Shown here one piece after another: positions 9,651 to 17,730 of a stretch of DNA of 64,000 nt. The first letter of the stretch is position 1; each line of letters begins with the position of its first letter. The notes under the pieces are model-generated. The model saw nothing but the letters and a program-made list of their open reading frames with translations. It did no database searches and was not told the origin of the DNA. Where the stretch lies: the NCBI GenBank assembly GCA_048883405.1, contig JBHLQS010000001.1, positions 11,257-75,256 on the forward strand, read 5' to 3'. The translations under genes were made by a program, and so were the position numbers. The DNA comes from Candidatus Thorarchaeota archaeon. Lineage in GTDB: Archaea > Asgardarchaeota > Thorarchaeia > Thorarchaeales > Thorarchaeaceae.

Positions 9651-10418
9651 TCAAGCCGATCTCCGGTCCCGGTCCACACGAGGGGCAAGAATGAACTTAA
9701 TCGTGCCTTCCTCAGCTATCGGGAACTCGAGTAACATTGGCTTGTCTTCACTGAACTGGAGAGTGAGACTTTCTGTCGTCATTGCTTTTGTGATTTCAGA
9801 AAGATAATTCAGTGCATACATGGCAGAAGGCTTCGCACTTACATCGAGTTGGAAGATTACTGATTCGTCACCAGATGCTTTCATCACGACCTCGGCCTCT
9901 CCAGCATCACCTTTTCCTGTGAAGGTCAGTGTCTTCCCGCTAGCGGAGATTCGCAGATGACTAGACACAACTCCAATGTCTTTTACTGCCTGCTTGAACG
10001 CATCTGCGAACATCTCGACCTTCGCATCAAACTTCAACGATGGCTCCTTCGTACGTTCATCTGGAGCAGTCAGAAGCTGAAGTTTGAACTGCCTTTGGGC
10101 TTGGCCAATCATCATTATCTCAAAGCGCTTATCTTTCTCATCCAACCTAAACTCGAGACGATCATCACCAGCCATTCGTTTACTGATTTTGTTGAGCTCA
10201 TCAACTCCAAGGCAAATGTCATAATTGCCATCACAACCATATTCTTGGAATATCTTGTAAGGCAGGTCTAAATCGACCATGGCGGCCTTGGACGAATCCA
10301 GTTGTCGCAATGTTATGCCGCTTTCGGATACAATGAAGTGCACCTCTGTCAAGAGCGTTGCTAAGGCATCTACTATTTGCTTCCATATGCTTGTACTATC
10401 AAGAGTTGCATGAAACAT
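9651..10418 (-). CDS. pcn: DNA polymerase sliding clamp PCNA
   Basis: Length about 255 aa, typical N-terminus MFHATLDS..., overall PCNA pattern. Confidence 0.85.
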   Translation of the reverse strand: MFHATLDSTSIWKQIVDALATLLTEVHFIVSESGITLRQLDSSKAAMVDLDLPYKIFQEYGCDGNYDICLGVDELNKISKRMAGDDRLEFRLDEKDKRFEIMMIGQAQRQFKLQLLTAPDERTKEPSLKFDAKVEMFADAFKQAVKDIGVVSSHLRISASGKTLTFTGKGDAGEAEVVMKASGDESVIFQLDVSAKPSAMYALNYLSEITKAMTTESLTLQFSEDKPMLLEFPIAEEGTIKFILAPRVDRDRRSA

Positions 10419-10533
10419 CTCAACGTGCCTCCACTTTATCTAGGACATATTGTCATTCGTGTTACATTAAAATGTACTCGTCTGCCTGTGAGCTTCACTC
10501 GCCAACACTTGGAGGGAAACGAAGCCGTCCCTG

Positions 10534-10914
10534 TCATCTAGAAAGGGCCCGCACGACTTCGTCTTCCAGCTCAATTGTCTGTTTGTAGAATTTCGTGTCA
10601 AGGTTATTGATATTATATGCCAGAGAAGCAGCCAGTCTGAGCTCTTTTCCATCAGACCCGGTCTTTTCTGTGACCTCACCTATCAGCAAATACTTCTCAT
10701 CGACATTGAGGGTTCCCTCAACTGTGACGATGATTTTCGCGGCATCCTCTACATTGTCATAGATATCTTGAACCAAGGAAACTCCCGGACTGGACTCGAT
10801 CACAATGCCCATTATTCGTACAGGACCTTCGATATCAGCTGAGAGCGAACGGATAGTAACCATCTCGGCAGGTTTCCTGCGGGGGTACTTCTTTTCCTCG
10901 GCCAAGGTCATCAC
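10534..10914 (-). CDS. Hypothetical OB-fold-like small protein between PCNA and TFS
   Basis: Beta-rich pattern (VRIMGIVIESS...YLLIGEVTEK) reminiscent of small RPA/Ten1-like OB folds; no firm assignment. Confidence 0.35.
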   Translation of the reverse strand: MMTLAEEKKYPRRKPAEMVTIRSLSADIEGPVRIMGIVIESSPGVSLVQDIYDNVEDAAKIIVTVEGTLNVDEKYLLIGEVTEKTGSDGKELRLAASLAYNINNLDTKFYKQTIELEDEVVRALSR

Positions 10915-10957
10915 ATTACAATTTGATTCAGACAGAGTTAGATATTAAGTCCTTCAC

Positions 10958-11287
10958 TCAGCCGCCATAGTTGCGCCAAGTATGTTTGCACTTAGTACAC
11001 CTATAGAACTCGGTCGCCCCCTCATCACCACGTCTTGTCTGAAGAGTCCAGTAGTATGCTTCAGTATGGCCACACTTTGGACATACCGCTTTGGTGACGG
11101 GCATAGGAATCGAGTCATCCTCGACCACCACGATCTTGTCACGGGGAGTCTTCTCAAGACGATGAGAAACAGTGAGCTTGCCTTTGATTGGTTTGGAATG
11201 CCCACAGCTTCGACATTTCAGGTGTCTTGATCCGCCTTCTTCTGTTACAGGGACCATCATTGCACCACATTTGTCACAGAATTCCAT
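10958..11287 (-). CDS. tfs: Transcription factor S (TFIIS/RPB9-like). Start at MEFCDKCG behind GGAGTG.
   Basis: N-terminal Zn ribbon CDKCG...CRSCG and C-terminal TFIIS Zn ribbon CPKCGH...QTRRGDEGATEFYRCTKCKHTW. SD GGAGTG lies 8 nt upstream of ATG 11287. Confidence 0.8.
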   Translation of the reverse strand: MEFCDKCGAMMVPVTEEGGSRHLKCRSCGHSKPIKGKLTVSHRLEKTPRDKIVVVEDDSIPMPVTKAVCPKCGHTEAYYWTLQTRRGDEGATEFYRCTKCKHTWRNYGG

Positions 11288-11365
11288 AATTCGGCACTCC
11301 GAGTTCTCGATGGCACTGCGCTGCTTCAAATTAAGCCTTGCTGAAGGACCCTACATAGTATCAGA

Positions 11366-11791
11366 TCATTCGGAATGGTGAGGAAGGCGAGTCATTACAC
11401 CGAGCAGAAGTTTCTGAAAGGCTCTGGATGCAATTTCCCCCTCTTGCTTCCTATTTGTGTCAGAATCGATATTGAGCCCATCGACGAGACTGGAAACCAT
11501 AGACTCAATAGTCAGATTTCCGGAAAGCCAGAGATAGGCCATTATCGCCTCATACGCGTCAGCAGCTGCACCTGCGTCCGTCCTTCGTCCAATATGGGTG
11601 TAGACTGGTGTGTCACGAATAGCACGCGCCAGAACTGAATCACGTACCTTCTCTCCTGTGGGCTCCATTAGAACTTTGGACTTGGCCAGAGAATAGCAGA
11701 GATTGACAAGGCTATCACCTAGCTTTGCTAGACCTTTGTTTCTCATGACAGATTTTGTGTCTGGATGTTCTTTGAGGAAACCCCACATCAT
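11366..11791 (-). CDS. RNase III-domain-only protein (mini-III-like), 126-141 aa; alternative start at 11746
   Basis: RNase III signature-like KLGDSLVNL and TDAGAAADAYEAIMAYLWL (compare ERLEFLGDA and KxxADxxEAxIGAIYLD); no dsRBD. Confidence 0.45.
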   Translation of the reverse strand: MMWGFLKEHPDTKSVMRNKGLAKLGDSLVNLCYSLAKSKVLMEPTGEKVRDSVLARAIRDTPVYTHIGRRTDAGAAADAYEAIMAYLWLSGNLTIESMVSSLVDGLNIDSDTNRKQEGEIASRAFQKLLLGVMTRLPHHSE

Positions 11792-11826
11792 TGACTCACC
11801 AACGAAAGGGCTCCGTGTTTGCGGAT

Positions 11827-12126
11827 CTAGTCTACGCTATAGTCCGATACCGCCTGATTGACATTTTTCCGGAACTCTTCAGTACGTGCTAGCATCTTCT
11901 CGAGAGCTTCTCTAAGGACGACACTCGCCTGTCGTCTCGAGGACCTTTTTGTTCTTACTGTGACCACAGGACTTGCGAGAAGTGGGTGGTCGATATTATA
12001 TCCGGCAAACTCCACAGATGGTTCTTCAAGAAGAGTCTTGCGTAAAAGGTTGCAGAACCCATGGTCCTCCTCTTGAAACTCAATCTTCAGTTCATATCGC
12101 TCTTGCTCGATAACTCTTGGCTTCAT
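11827..12126 (-). CDS. rpoL: DNA-directed RNA polymerase subunit L (Rpo11/Rpb11 homolog)
   Basis: About 99 aa; pattern ELKIEFQEEDHGFCNLLRKTLLEEPSVEFAGYNIDHPLL; in operon with csl4. Confidence 0.8.
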   Translation of the reverse strand: MKPRVIEQERYELKIEFQEEDHGFCNLLRKTLLEEPSVEFAGYNIDHPLLASPVVTVRTKRSSRRQASVVLREALEKMLARTEEFRKNVNQAVSDYSVD

Positions 12127-12129
12127 TTA

Positions 12130-12867
12130 TTATCGCCTCCGGTCCCTATCTCGACGACCTCTACTGTTTCTCCTATCATCGAAACGTCTAGAGAATCGAC
12201 CTCCGTCCCTGTCGCGGGGTCCACGTCTACGATCATGTCGTCTATCGTCATAAGATCTCCTTCTTGGTGCAAGGTCCTGCCTTGTTTCAATTCCAAACAT
12301 TGCCCCATAATCCTTTGCTACTTCACGCGTTTCGCGATTTTCGCAGCGAAGACAAATGAGATTGTTGTAAGTGGTCAATGTAAGTTCATTGCCACATTTC
12401 ACACACTTGGCACCCAAGACACCGAGTTCTGGGCCCACAAGGCTTAGTTGCACAGGAATCTCATGTGTGTTGAGAACTGTTGCTCTGACAATGTCTCCCT
12501 GGCGTAGCACATCTCCCATAGACTTCACAAAACGTCTCGTTACATTGCTGATGTGGATTTCACCAACAAAGGTGCTTAGAACGTCCTCATCATTTCGTCT
12601 AACAATTATAACCTCAGCACGTTGTTCCCAGGCATTAGTGACCTCTCCAATCACAGTATCGCCTCTCACTGGGAGCGCAAGTCTCATGCTTCCGTCCCCC
12701 TCTAGAACTCTGATACTGCGGTCCTTGAAATCGATGGCAACTCCACCAGATATTGCCGCAAAGACGATTCCATCCCGCTCATATGTACCGAAACCAGGCA
12801 TCAGCTCTTCAATCACACACAGCTGGTCTCCAGGGACTACGATGTCCCCACTTTTTACGTCAGCCAT
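12130..12867 (-). CDS. csl4: Exosome cap subunit Csl4 (S1 domain plus Zn ribbon) with an extra Arg/Asp-rich C-terminal tail
   Basis: N-terminus MADVKSGDIVVPGDQLCVIEE, S1 domain, CVKCGN...CLRCEN Zn ribbon; C-terminal 50 aa RRRSYDDRRHDRRRGPRDRDGGRFSRRFDDRRNSRGRRDRDRRR. Confidence 0.8.
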   Translation of the reverse strand: MADVKSGDIVVPGDQLCVIEELMPGFGTYERDGIVFAAISGGVAIDFKDRSIRVLEGDGSMRLALPVRGDTVIGEVTNAWEQRAEVIIVRRNDEDVLSTFVGEIHISNVTRRFVKSMGDVLRQGDIVRATVLNTHEIPVQLSLVGPELGVLGAKCVKCGNELTLTTYNNLICLRCENRETREVAKDYGAMFGIETRQDLAPRRRSYDDRRHDRRRGPRDRDGGRFSRRFDDRRNSRGRRDRDRRR

Positions 12868-12876
12868 TGCACTTCA

Positions 12877-13503
12877 TCATTCCTCTTGTCTGCATATGCG
12901 GTAAAGGTCCACTCCAACCAAATGCTTCCGTTTCCTATGAAACCTATAGAGTCGAGATATTGGAAACTCGAACGTTTCGACCTGTGTTATGGTTCCTCCG
13001 AGATCTTTAATCTTAGATTCTAGGAAGGCCCTATTCTTCTCACCTGCCAAGTGCATGCTGTATGTTACATTCGCAATTGATATTGCCTTCCTCAGGAAGC
13101 TCAGGTCTGCACCTCTCTTCTTGACTCCGAAAGGTGGATTGGTCACTACAGTGTCAAAGGATCCCAGCATTTCAAATGAGGTGACATCTCCAAGGACCCA
13201 ATCTGTTGTGTTATCAGTCCCGAGTAAGGCTGAATTTCTTCGAGAGACCTTTAAGGCTTTGGATTGCACATCTAAGCCTACAACGCGTGATGCTCCCAGA
13301 AGGGCAGCTCCATTGGCAAATATGCCGTCACCACAGCCTAGATCACAGACGGTCCTATTCTGTATGTCATCATGTTCCATATGGGCGGCAAAGAGAATTG
13401 CGGCTGCGATATCTGCTGGCGTAGGATATTGCTCCAGCGAAACCTCATACTCCTCCATTCTTTCTATTGATTGTAGTAGGATTTCGAGGTCTCTTAGACG
13501 CAA
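12877..13503 (-). CDS. METTL5-like (COG2263) N6-adenine RNA methyltransferase
   Basis: SAM motif DLGCGDG and catalytic TNPPFG; operon position upstream of csl4-rpoL as in many archaea. Confidence 0.75.
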   Translation of the reverse strand: MRLRDLEILLQSIERMEEYEVSLEQYPTPADIAAAILFAAHMEHDDIQNRTVCDLGCGDGIFANGAALLGASRVVGLDVQSKALKVSRRNSALLGTDNTTDWVLGDVTSFEMLGSFDTVVTNPPFGVKKRGADLSFLRKAISIANVTYSMHLAGEKNRAFLESKIKDLGGTITQVETFEFPISRLYRFHRKRKHLVGVDLYRICRQEE

Positions 13504-13624
13504 GGTTCATCACCCAAATACGCAAACTGTGCTGAAAACAGCTCCTCATGAATCCTACGGGCATCACAAGCCCTCGGCCCGGTAATACGTACCTTTAACA
13601 GGACGATAACTCCATATGCTCCAT

Positions 13625-13650
13625 AGGCTCCAGTGGAAATCCACTAGAAC
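13625..13650. promoter_or_regulatory. Mini-ORB (origin recognition box) dyad element immediately upstream of orc1/cdc6
   Basis: Sequence CTCCAGTGGAAATCCACTAG contains the canonical archaeal mini-ORB core TCCAGTGGAAA, and a perfect dyad AGTGGA-AA-TCCACT. Confidence 0.55.
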
Positions 13651-13665
13651 TCGCCTTACCTTCTA

Positions 13666-14925
13666 ATGGAGAGAGAGAGAATGGAGAGACCCTTAGACAA
13701 GCTATTTGACAAGTTCCTTCAAGGTCAGGCCATTTTCAGAGACAGAAATGCGTTAAGGCCTACATATGTGCCTGAAGAATTGCCCTACCGAGATGAACAG
13801 ATGAATCGTATTGGTGCAATTCTAGGGCCAGCACTCCGTGGAGCTCCACCTTCAAACATTCTTTGCTACGGAAAGACTGGTACAGGAAAGACAGTTGTAG
13901 CCCGCTATGTGTTAGATCTACTTGTCAGGAAAGCAAAGGAGAGTAATGTCAGTCCACCACTGACAGCCCACATTAATTGCAGAATTGTTGGCACCAACTA
14001 TAGAGTACTACGTCAGTTGTGCGAGGATATTGAGGCGCGAATGCCAGATGGTTCTGAGGTACCCTTCACAGGTCTACCGACCGATGAGATTAGATCTATC
14101 TTCAAGAAGAAGCTCGACTCGGACACTAACATAATGGTGGTTGTACTAGATGAGGTAGACTCACTTGTGAAACGTGACGTGGGTCAGGGCAATGATATTC
14201 TCTATGGGCTGACTAGAATGAATGGAGAACTTGAGAAAAGTCGAATCTCAATTATTGGAATAAGCAATGACCTGAAGTTCAAAGAGATGTTAGACCCGAG
14301 AGTTCTCTCGACACTTGGAGAAGAAGAGGTCATATTTGCACCGTATAATGCGGTTGAACTAAAGGGAATCTTGCAACAGAGAGTCGAGATTGCTTTCAAC
14401 AAGAGTGCCATTGGCGAAGAAGGCGTAATCAATCTTGTAGGAGCACTTGCCGCCCAAGAACACGGTGATGCAAGAAGAGCACTGGATCTTTTGAGAACGG
14501 CGGGTGAACTTGCTGAACGAAACGGCGATGAGAAGGTAGTCCAAGGACATGTTCGTGAGGCACAGAAGATAATTGAACGGGATACAATAACAGAAACCGT
14601 CAAGACCCTTCCTATGCAGTCAAAGGCGGTTCTCTTCTCAGTCTACGCCTTGGCGAATAAGGGGCAAAAGGACATCTTCACCGGTGAGTGCTATAATGTC
14701 TATTCTGAAATCGCTCAATCCCTATCATTAGATACTCTCACTCAACGGCGTGTTTCGGACTTAATCTCAGAGCTCGATATGCTGGGTCTCATCAACACGA
14801 CTGTCATCTCAAAGGGACGATATGGTCGCACGAAGAAAATACGACTTGCTGTGAGCAAGCAGCAGATTGGGATAATCCTTGATGAGGATGTTCGACTTGG
14901 TAGGATAGCTGAAGAACTCCTGTGA
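13666..14925 (+). CDS. orc1: Orc1/Cdc6 replication initiator (paralog 1)
   Basis: AAA+ Walker A GKTGTGKT, Walker B VVLDEVD, C-terminal winged helix; ORB upstream. Confidence 0.9.
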   Translation: MERERMERPLDKLFDKFLQGQAIFRDRNALRPTYVPEELPYRDEQMNRIGAILGPALRGAPPSNILCYGKTGTGKTVVARYVLDLLVRKAKESNVSPPLTAHINCRIVGTNYRVLRQLCEDIEARMPDGSEVPFTGLPTDEIRSIFKKKLDSDTNIMVVVLDEVDSLVKRDVGQGNDILYGLTRMNGELEKSRISIIGISNDLKFKEMLDPRVLSTLGEEEVIFAPYNAVELKGILQQRVEIAFNKSAIGEEGVINLVGALAAQEHGDARRALDLLRTAGELAERNGDEKVVQGHVREAQKIIERDTITETVKTLPMQSKAVLFSVYALANKGQKDIFTGECYNVYSEIAQSLSLDTLTQRRVSDLISELDMLGLINTTVISKGRYGRTKKIRLAVSKQQIGIILDEDVRLGRIAEELL

Positions 14926-14933
14926 TGATTTCA

Positions 14934-16562
14934 TTATTCCTCGTAGAAGATCTTGAACTTTGGATTTCCCATTGCACCGGTATTCAGGTTGAGGAGAGTC
15001 ACGATACCAGGGGTGGGCACAATTCCCTGTTTGCGCATGAAATCAGTCTGTGCTTGGAAAGTACCTGAATTGATTATTTTCACTCTGTGAGGGTGATTGC
15101 TAACAGCATTGTGATGTGCATGTCCAAAGTGAATCAAGTCAGGGGGTGTGTCTATCACCATCCAATCACGATGAAGCGGAGCTAGCTCTGTCTTTCCTCC
15201 AAATAGTGGGGCTAGATGACGCTTCTCAAGGAGTGCTTTCATTGGAATTGTTGGTTTCTGATACGATGCACCTGGAATGTTTGTCACTAGGTCGTCCAAT
15301 GAATCACCATGGGTGAGAATGATGTTGACTCGCTCAACAACAACATGGCAGGGATCCCCAAGCATAATGATACGATCACCCATGTCATATAGAGGGCCTG
15401 CAAACTCCTTGAGAATCGGGGGTCGTGGAAGTGCCTGTCTGCATGCGTCATGATTTCCAGGTATACACAATATCTTGATTCTATCAGGAAGGTCGCGAAG
15501 TTTGCTGGCTAAGAGCGCGTATTGGTCGTATATATTGGGTATAGCCAAGTCGTTCCTTTGTTCGGGATATACCCCAATTCCATCCACCAAATCGCCTGCA
15601 ATGAATAGGTACTCTATTCGATCAATCATGTGCTTCTCAGAATCATCTACATCGATTCCGCTTAGCCATTTAATAAACTGGTCAAATTCGTCTTCCAGAA
15701 ACTCATTACTACCACAATGCAGATCTGAGATGAATGCTGCGTAGACCTCACGTTGTGCCTTTCCCCCTCCTCTAATCATGGGAATTCCGGGGAATATCAC
15801 ATCCTCTGCAATCATCCTCTCATTGTGATCCACATACCCCTTGACACACACAACCTCATCCAGAAGAACTGAATTTGCTTTCTCGGCTAGTTTTTGGCCA
15901 TTTGAGCTCCTCATATTTGTGGGAACCACACAAATCATAGATCCTGTCTTATCCTCAATATCTAGGATTATGTTGTCGGACAGGGAGGTCTTTTTGTCTC
16001 TCACAATGCCTATCACTATCACACTTGGTGGTCGTTCACTTCCGTGTCCTTCAGCCTTCATAATCCTGTGACGCTTCGAGTCAACGCCTCTCGTCTGTGC
16101 TTCAGATGGCGTGAGAGCGCCGTGGGTGTCCATCCTGCTGTCATATATCTCCTTGATTCGATTATAGCGGTCAGCAAACAGAGCCAGGAAGTCTTCTACA
16201 GATCCTTCAGAACCAACTGATTCCATGTCAGGGCTCTTCAGAATCCTGATTGACCAGCCTTCGTCATCAATTGGTTCTTGGTATGAAGACTTGGAAACTT
16301 CTGCTGACATATTTGTGTCAACTGGCTCTGGTGTGACTTCTGATTCAGTACCTTTGTCACTCAATAGATGCTCTATGAATTCGCGTGAAAGGACCGACGG
16401 ACATGATGTTTCTCTGCATCCAATGATTATAGAATCCACTACTTGATTTGGTGATTCCAGACTCAGGACGTAATCTAACGCATCAGGAGAGATTTGAAGG
16501 CCTGAGCTGATCAACTTCTTTATCATGCTTCGCCGGTCAACTTGCGTCAAGGGACACCGCAT
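14934..16562 (-). CDS. polB: DNA polymerase II (PolD) small subunit DP1. Start moved to the MRCPLTQ... ATG, which is apparently leaderless.
   Basis: Calcineurin-like phosphoesterase motifs ISDLHCGS, GNHDA, GHAHHN. TATA-like TTTAAAATA (16581-16589) lies about 19 nt upstream of ATG 16562, implying a leaderless mRNA; the ORF-track start at 16688 would lie upstream of the TATA. Confidence 0.8.
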   Translation of the reverse strand: MRCPLTQVDRRSMIKKLISSGLQISPDALDYVLSLESPNQVVDSIIIGCRETSCPSVLSREFIEHLLSDKGTESEVTPEPVDTNMSAEVSKSSYQEPIDDEGWSIRILKSPDMESVGSEGSVEDFLALFADRYNRIKEIYDSRMDTHGALTPSEAQTRGVDSKRHRIMKAEGHGSERPPSVIVIGIVRDKKTSLSDNIILDIEDKTGSMICVVPTNMRSSNGQKLAEKANSVLLDEVVCVKGYVDHNERMIAEDVIFPGIPMIRGGGKAQREVYAAFISDLHCGSNEFLEDEFDQFIKWLSGIDVDDSEKHMIDRIEYLFIAGDLVDGIGVYPEQRNDLAIPNIYDQYALLASKLRDLPDRIKILCIPGNHDACRQALPRPPILKEFAGPLYDMGDRIIMLGDPCHVVVERVNIILTHGDSLDDLVTNIPGASYQKPTIPMKALLEKRHLAPLFGGKTELAPLHRDWMVIDTPPDLIHFGHAHHNAVSNHPHRVKIINSGTFQAQTDFMRKQGIVPTPGIVTLLNLNTGAMGNPKFKIFYEE

Positions 16563-16580
16563 CGGTGGTACTTGCCTTTC

Positions 16581-16589
16581 TATTTTAAA
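16581..16589 (-). promoter_or_regulatory. TATA box (TTTAAAATA) of the DP1 gene
   Basis: Seen in the minus-strand reading of 16581-16589; spacing is consistent with a leaderless start at 16562. Confidence 0.45.
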
Positions 16590-16734
16590 CGTGTGCCCAA
16601 GAATGACCGCGTACTGAAAAGAGTCTAGTTTCTTACTCCGTGCATCTCCTTGGAAATAAAACCGGCGGGAAGTGTAATAAGCCTGCACTTCAACGATGAT
16701 TTGGCGCTAACCAGTCGCAGGTGGAACGGAGCGA

Positions 16735-17727
16735 ATGGTCAATTATAGGAAACTCCAGCAGACAGGCGGAGAGAAGGGTAGTTCATTCTCCATAATCCTC
16801 CCAAAGGATTGGGTGAGAAAGAGATGGGATCTCAGCAAGGGTGACAGTGTTGTAGTTGCTGAAAGAGATGATGGTTGCCTCATAATAGATCCACGCCCTC
16901 AAAAACCTGGAGACACAAGATCAACCATTATACAAATCGAAACCAATCTGCGATGGGAAATAACGAGCAAGTACCTATTGGGGTTTGACGAGATTCGTGT
17001 TGTAAGTAGTAGCCCAATTACCAACACTCAAAGGCTGGAACTGAAGAGGATGATTGGCAGGTTTGTGGCCCTTGAGATTACTGATGAGATAGAGGAAGAT
17101 GATAGACACGAAATTATCGTGAGATGCCTAGTCGATCCTTCAACCCTTCCTGTGCGCAAGGCTATGAGAAGAATGAACCTGATAGCATCACGAATGCTGG
17201 ATGATGCATTGAGCGCATATTTTGATGGGGCACGAGAATCTGCAGAGGACATCATTCATAGAGATGAAGAGGTAGATCGGCTCTTCTTTCTCATAGTACG
17301 GGAACTCAGGTCCGCTGTGCAGTATCCCCGAATTTCAGAACTAATGAACATCGCTCCAGTCGAGGCGCTCGATTTGAGGTTGGCTGCTCAGTATATAGAA
17401 CGCATTGCTGACCTTTCAGTTGATATCGCTAGAACGACAGAGAGTGCTGTTGAGAAAAACCTGGTGAAGAAGATTGAGCCAATAGCAAACAGCGTAAAGG
17501 CTATGTTGGCCAAGTCTGTGGAGAACCTCTTCAAATTCGACCCGAGGAAGGTGACGTCTGTCATCAAAGGAGAGAAAGAGCTTATTGGAGACATAGCAAA
17601 GATTCGGCAATACCTCCTCTCAAAGTCAAATCACCAACCGCATACGGAGCTTTTTGTAGTTGATTGTCTACTGAGAATTGGAGAGGCAGCGAAAGATATT
17701 GTGGACCTAGCCTTGCCGCAGAACTGA
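16735..17727 (+). CDS. PhoU-family regulator with N-terminal AbrB/SpoVT swapped-hairpin domain
   Basis: N-terminal SIILPKDWVRKRWDLSKGDSVVV (AbrB-like); two PhoU-like helical repeats with E/D...R patterns. SD GGTGGAACGGAG before the ATG. Confidence 0.65.
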   Translation: MVNYRKLQQTGGEKGSSFSIILPKDWVRKRWDLSKGDSVVVAERDDGCLIIDPRPQKPGDTRSTIIQIETNLRWEITSKYLLGFDEIRVVSSSPITNTQRLELKRMIGRFVALEITDEIEEDDRHEIIVRCLVDPSTLPVRKAMRRMNLIASRMLDDALSAYFDGARESAEDIIHRDEEVDRLFFLIVRELRSAVQYPRISELMNIAPVEALDLRLAAQYIERIADLSVDIARTTESAVEKNLVKKIEPIANSVKAMLAKSVENLFKFDPRKVTSVIKGEKELIGDIAKIRQYLLSKSNHQPHTELFVVDCLLRIGEAAKDIVDLALPQN

Positions 17728-17730
17728 GAG

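Noticed and set aside
9412-9807. 131-aa plus-strand ORF spanning the priS-pcna junction
   Set aside because: It overlaps the ends of two well-supported minus-strand genes and the short intergenic spacer; no motif.
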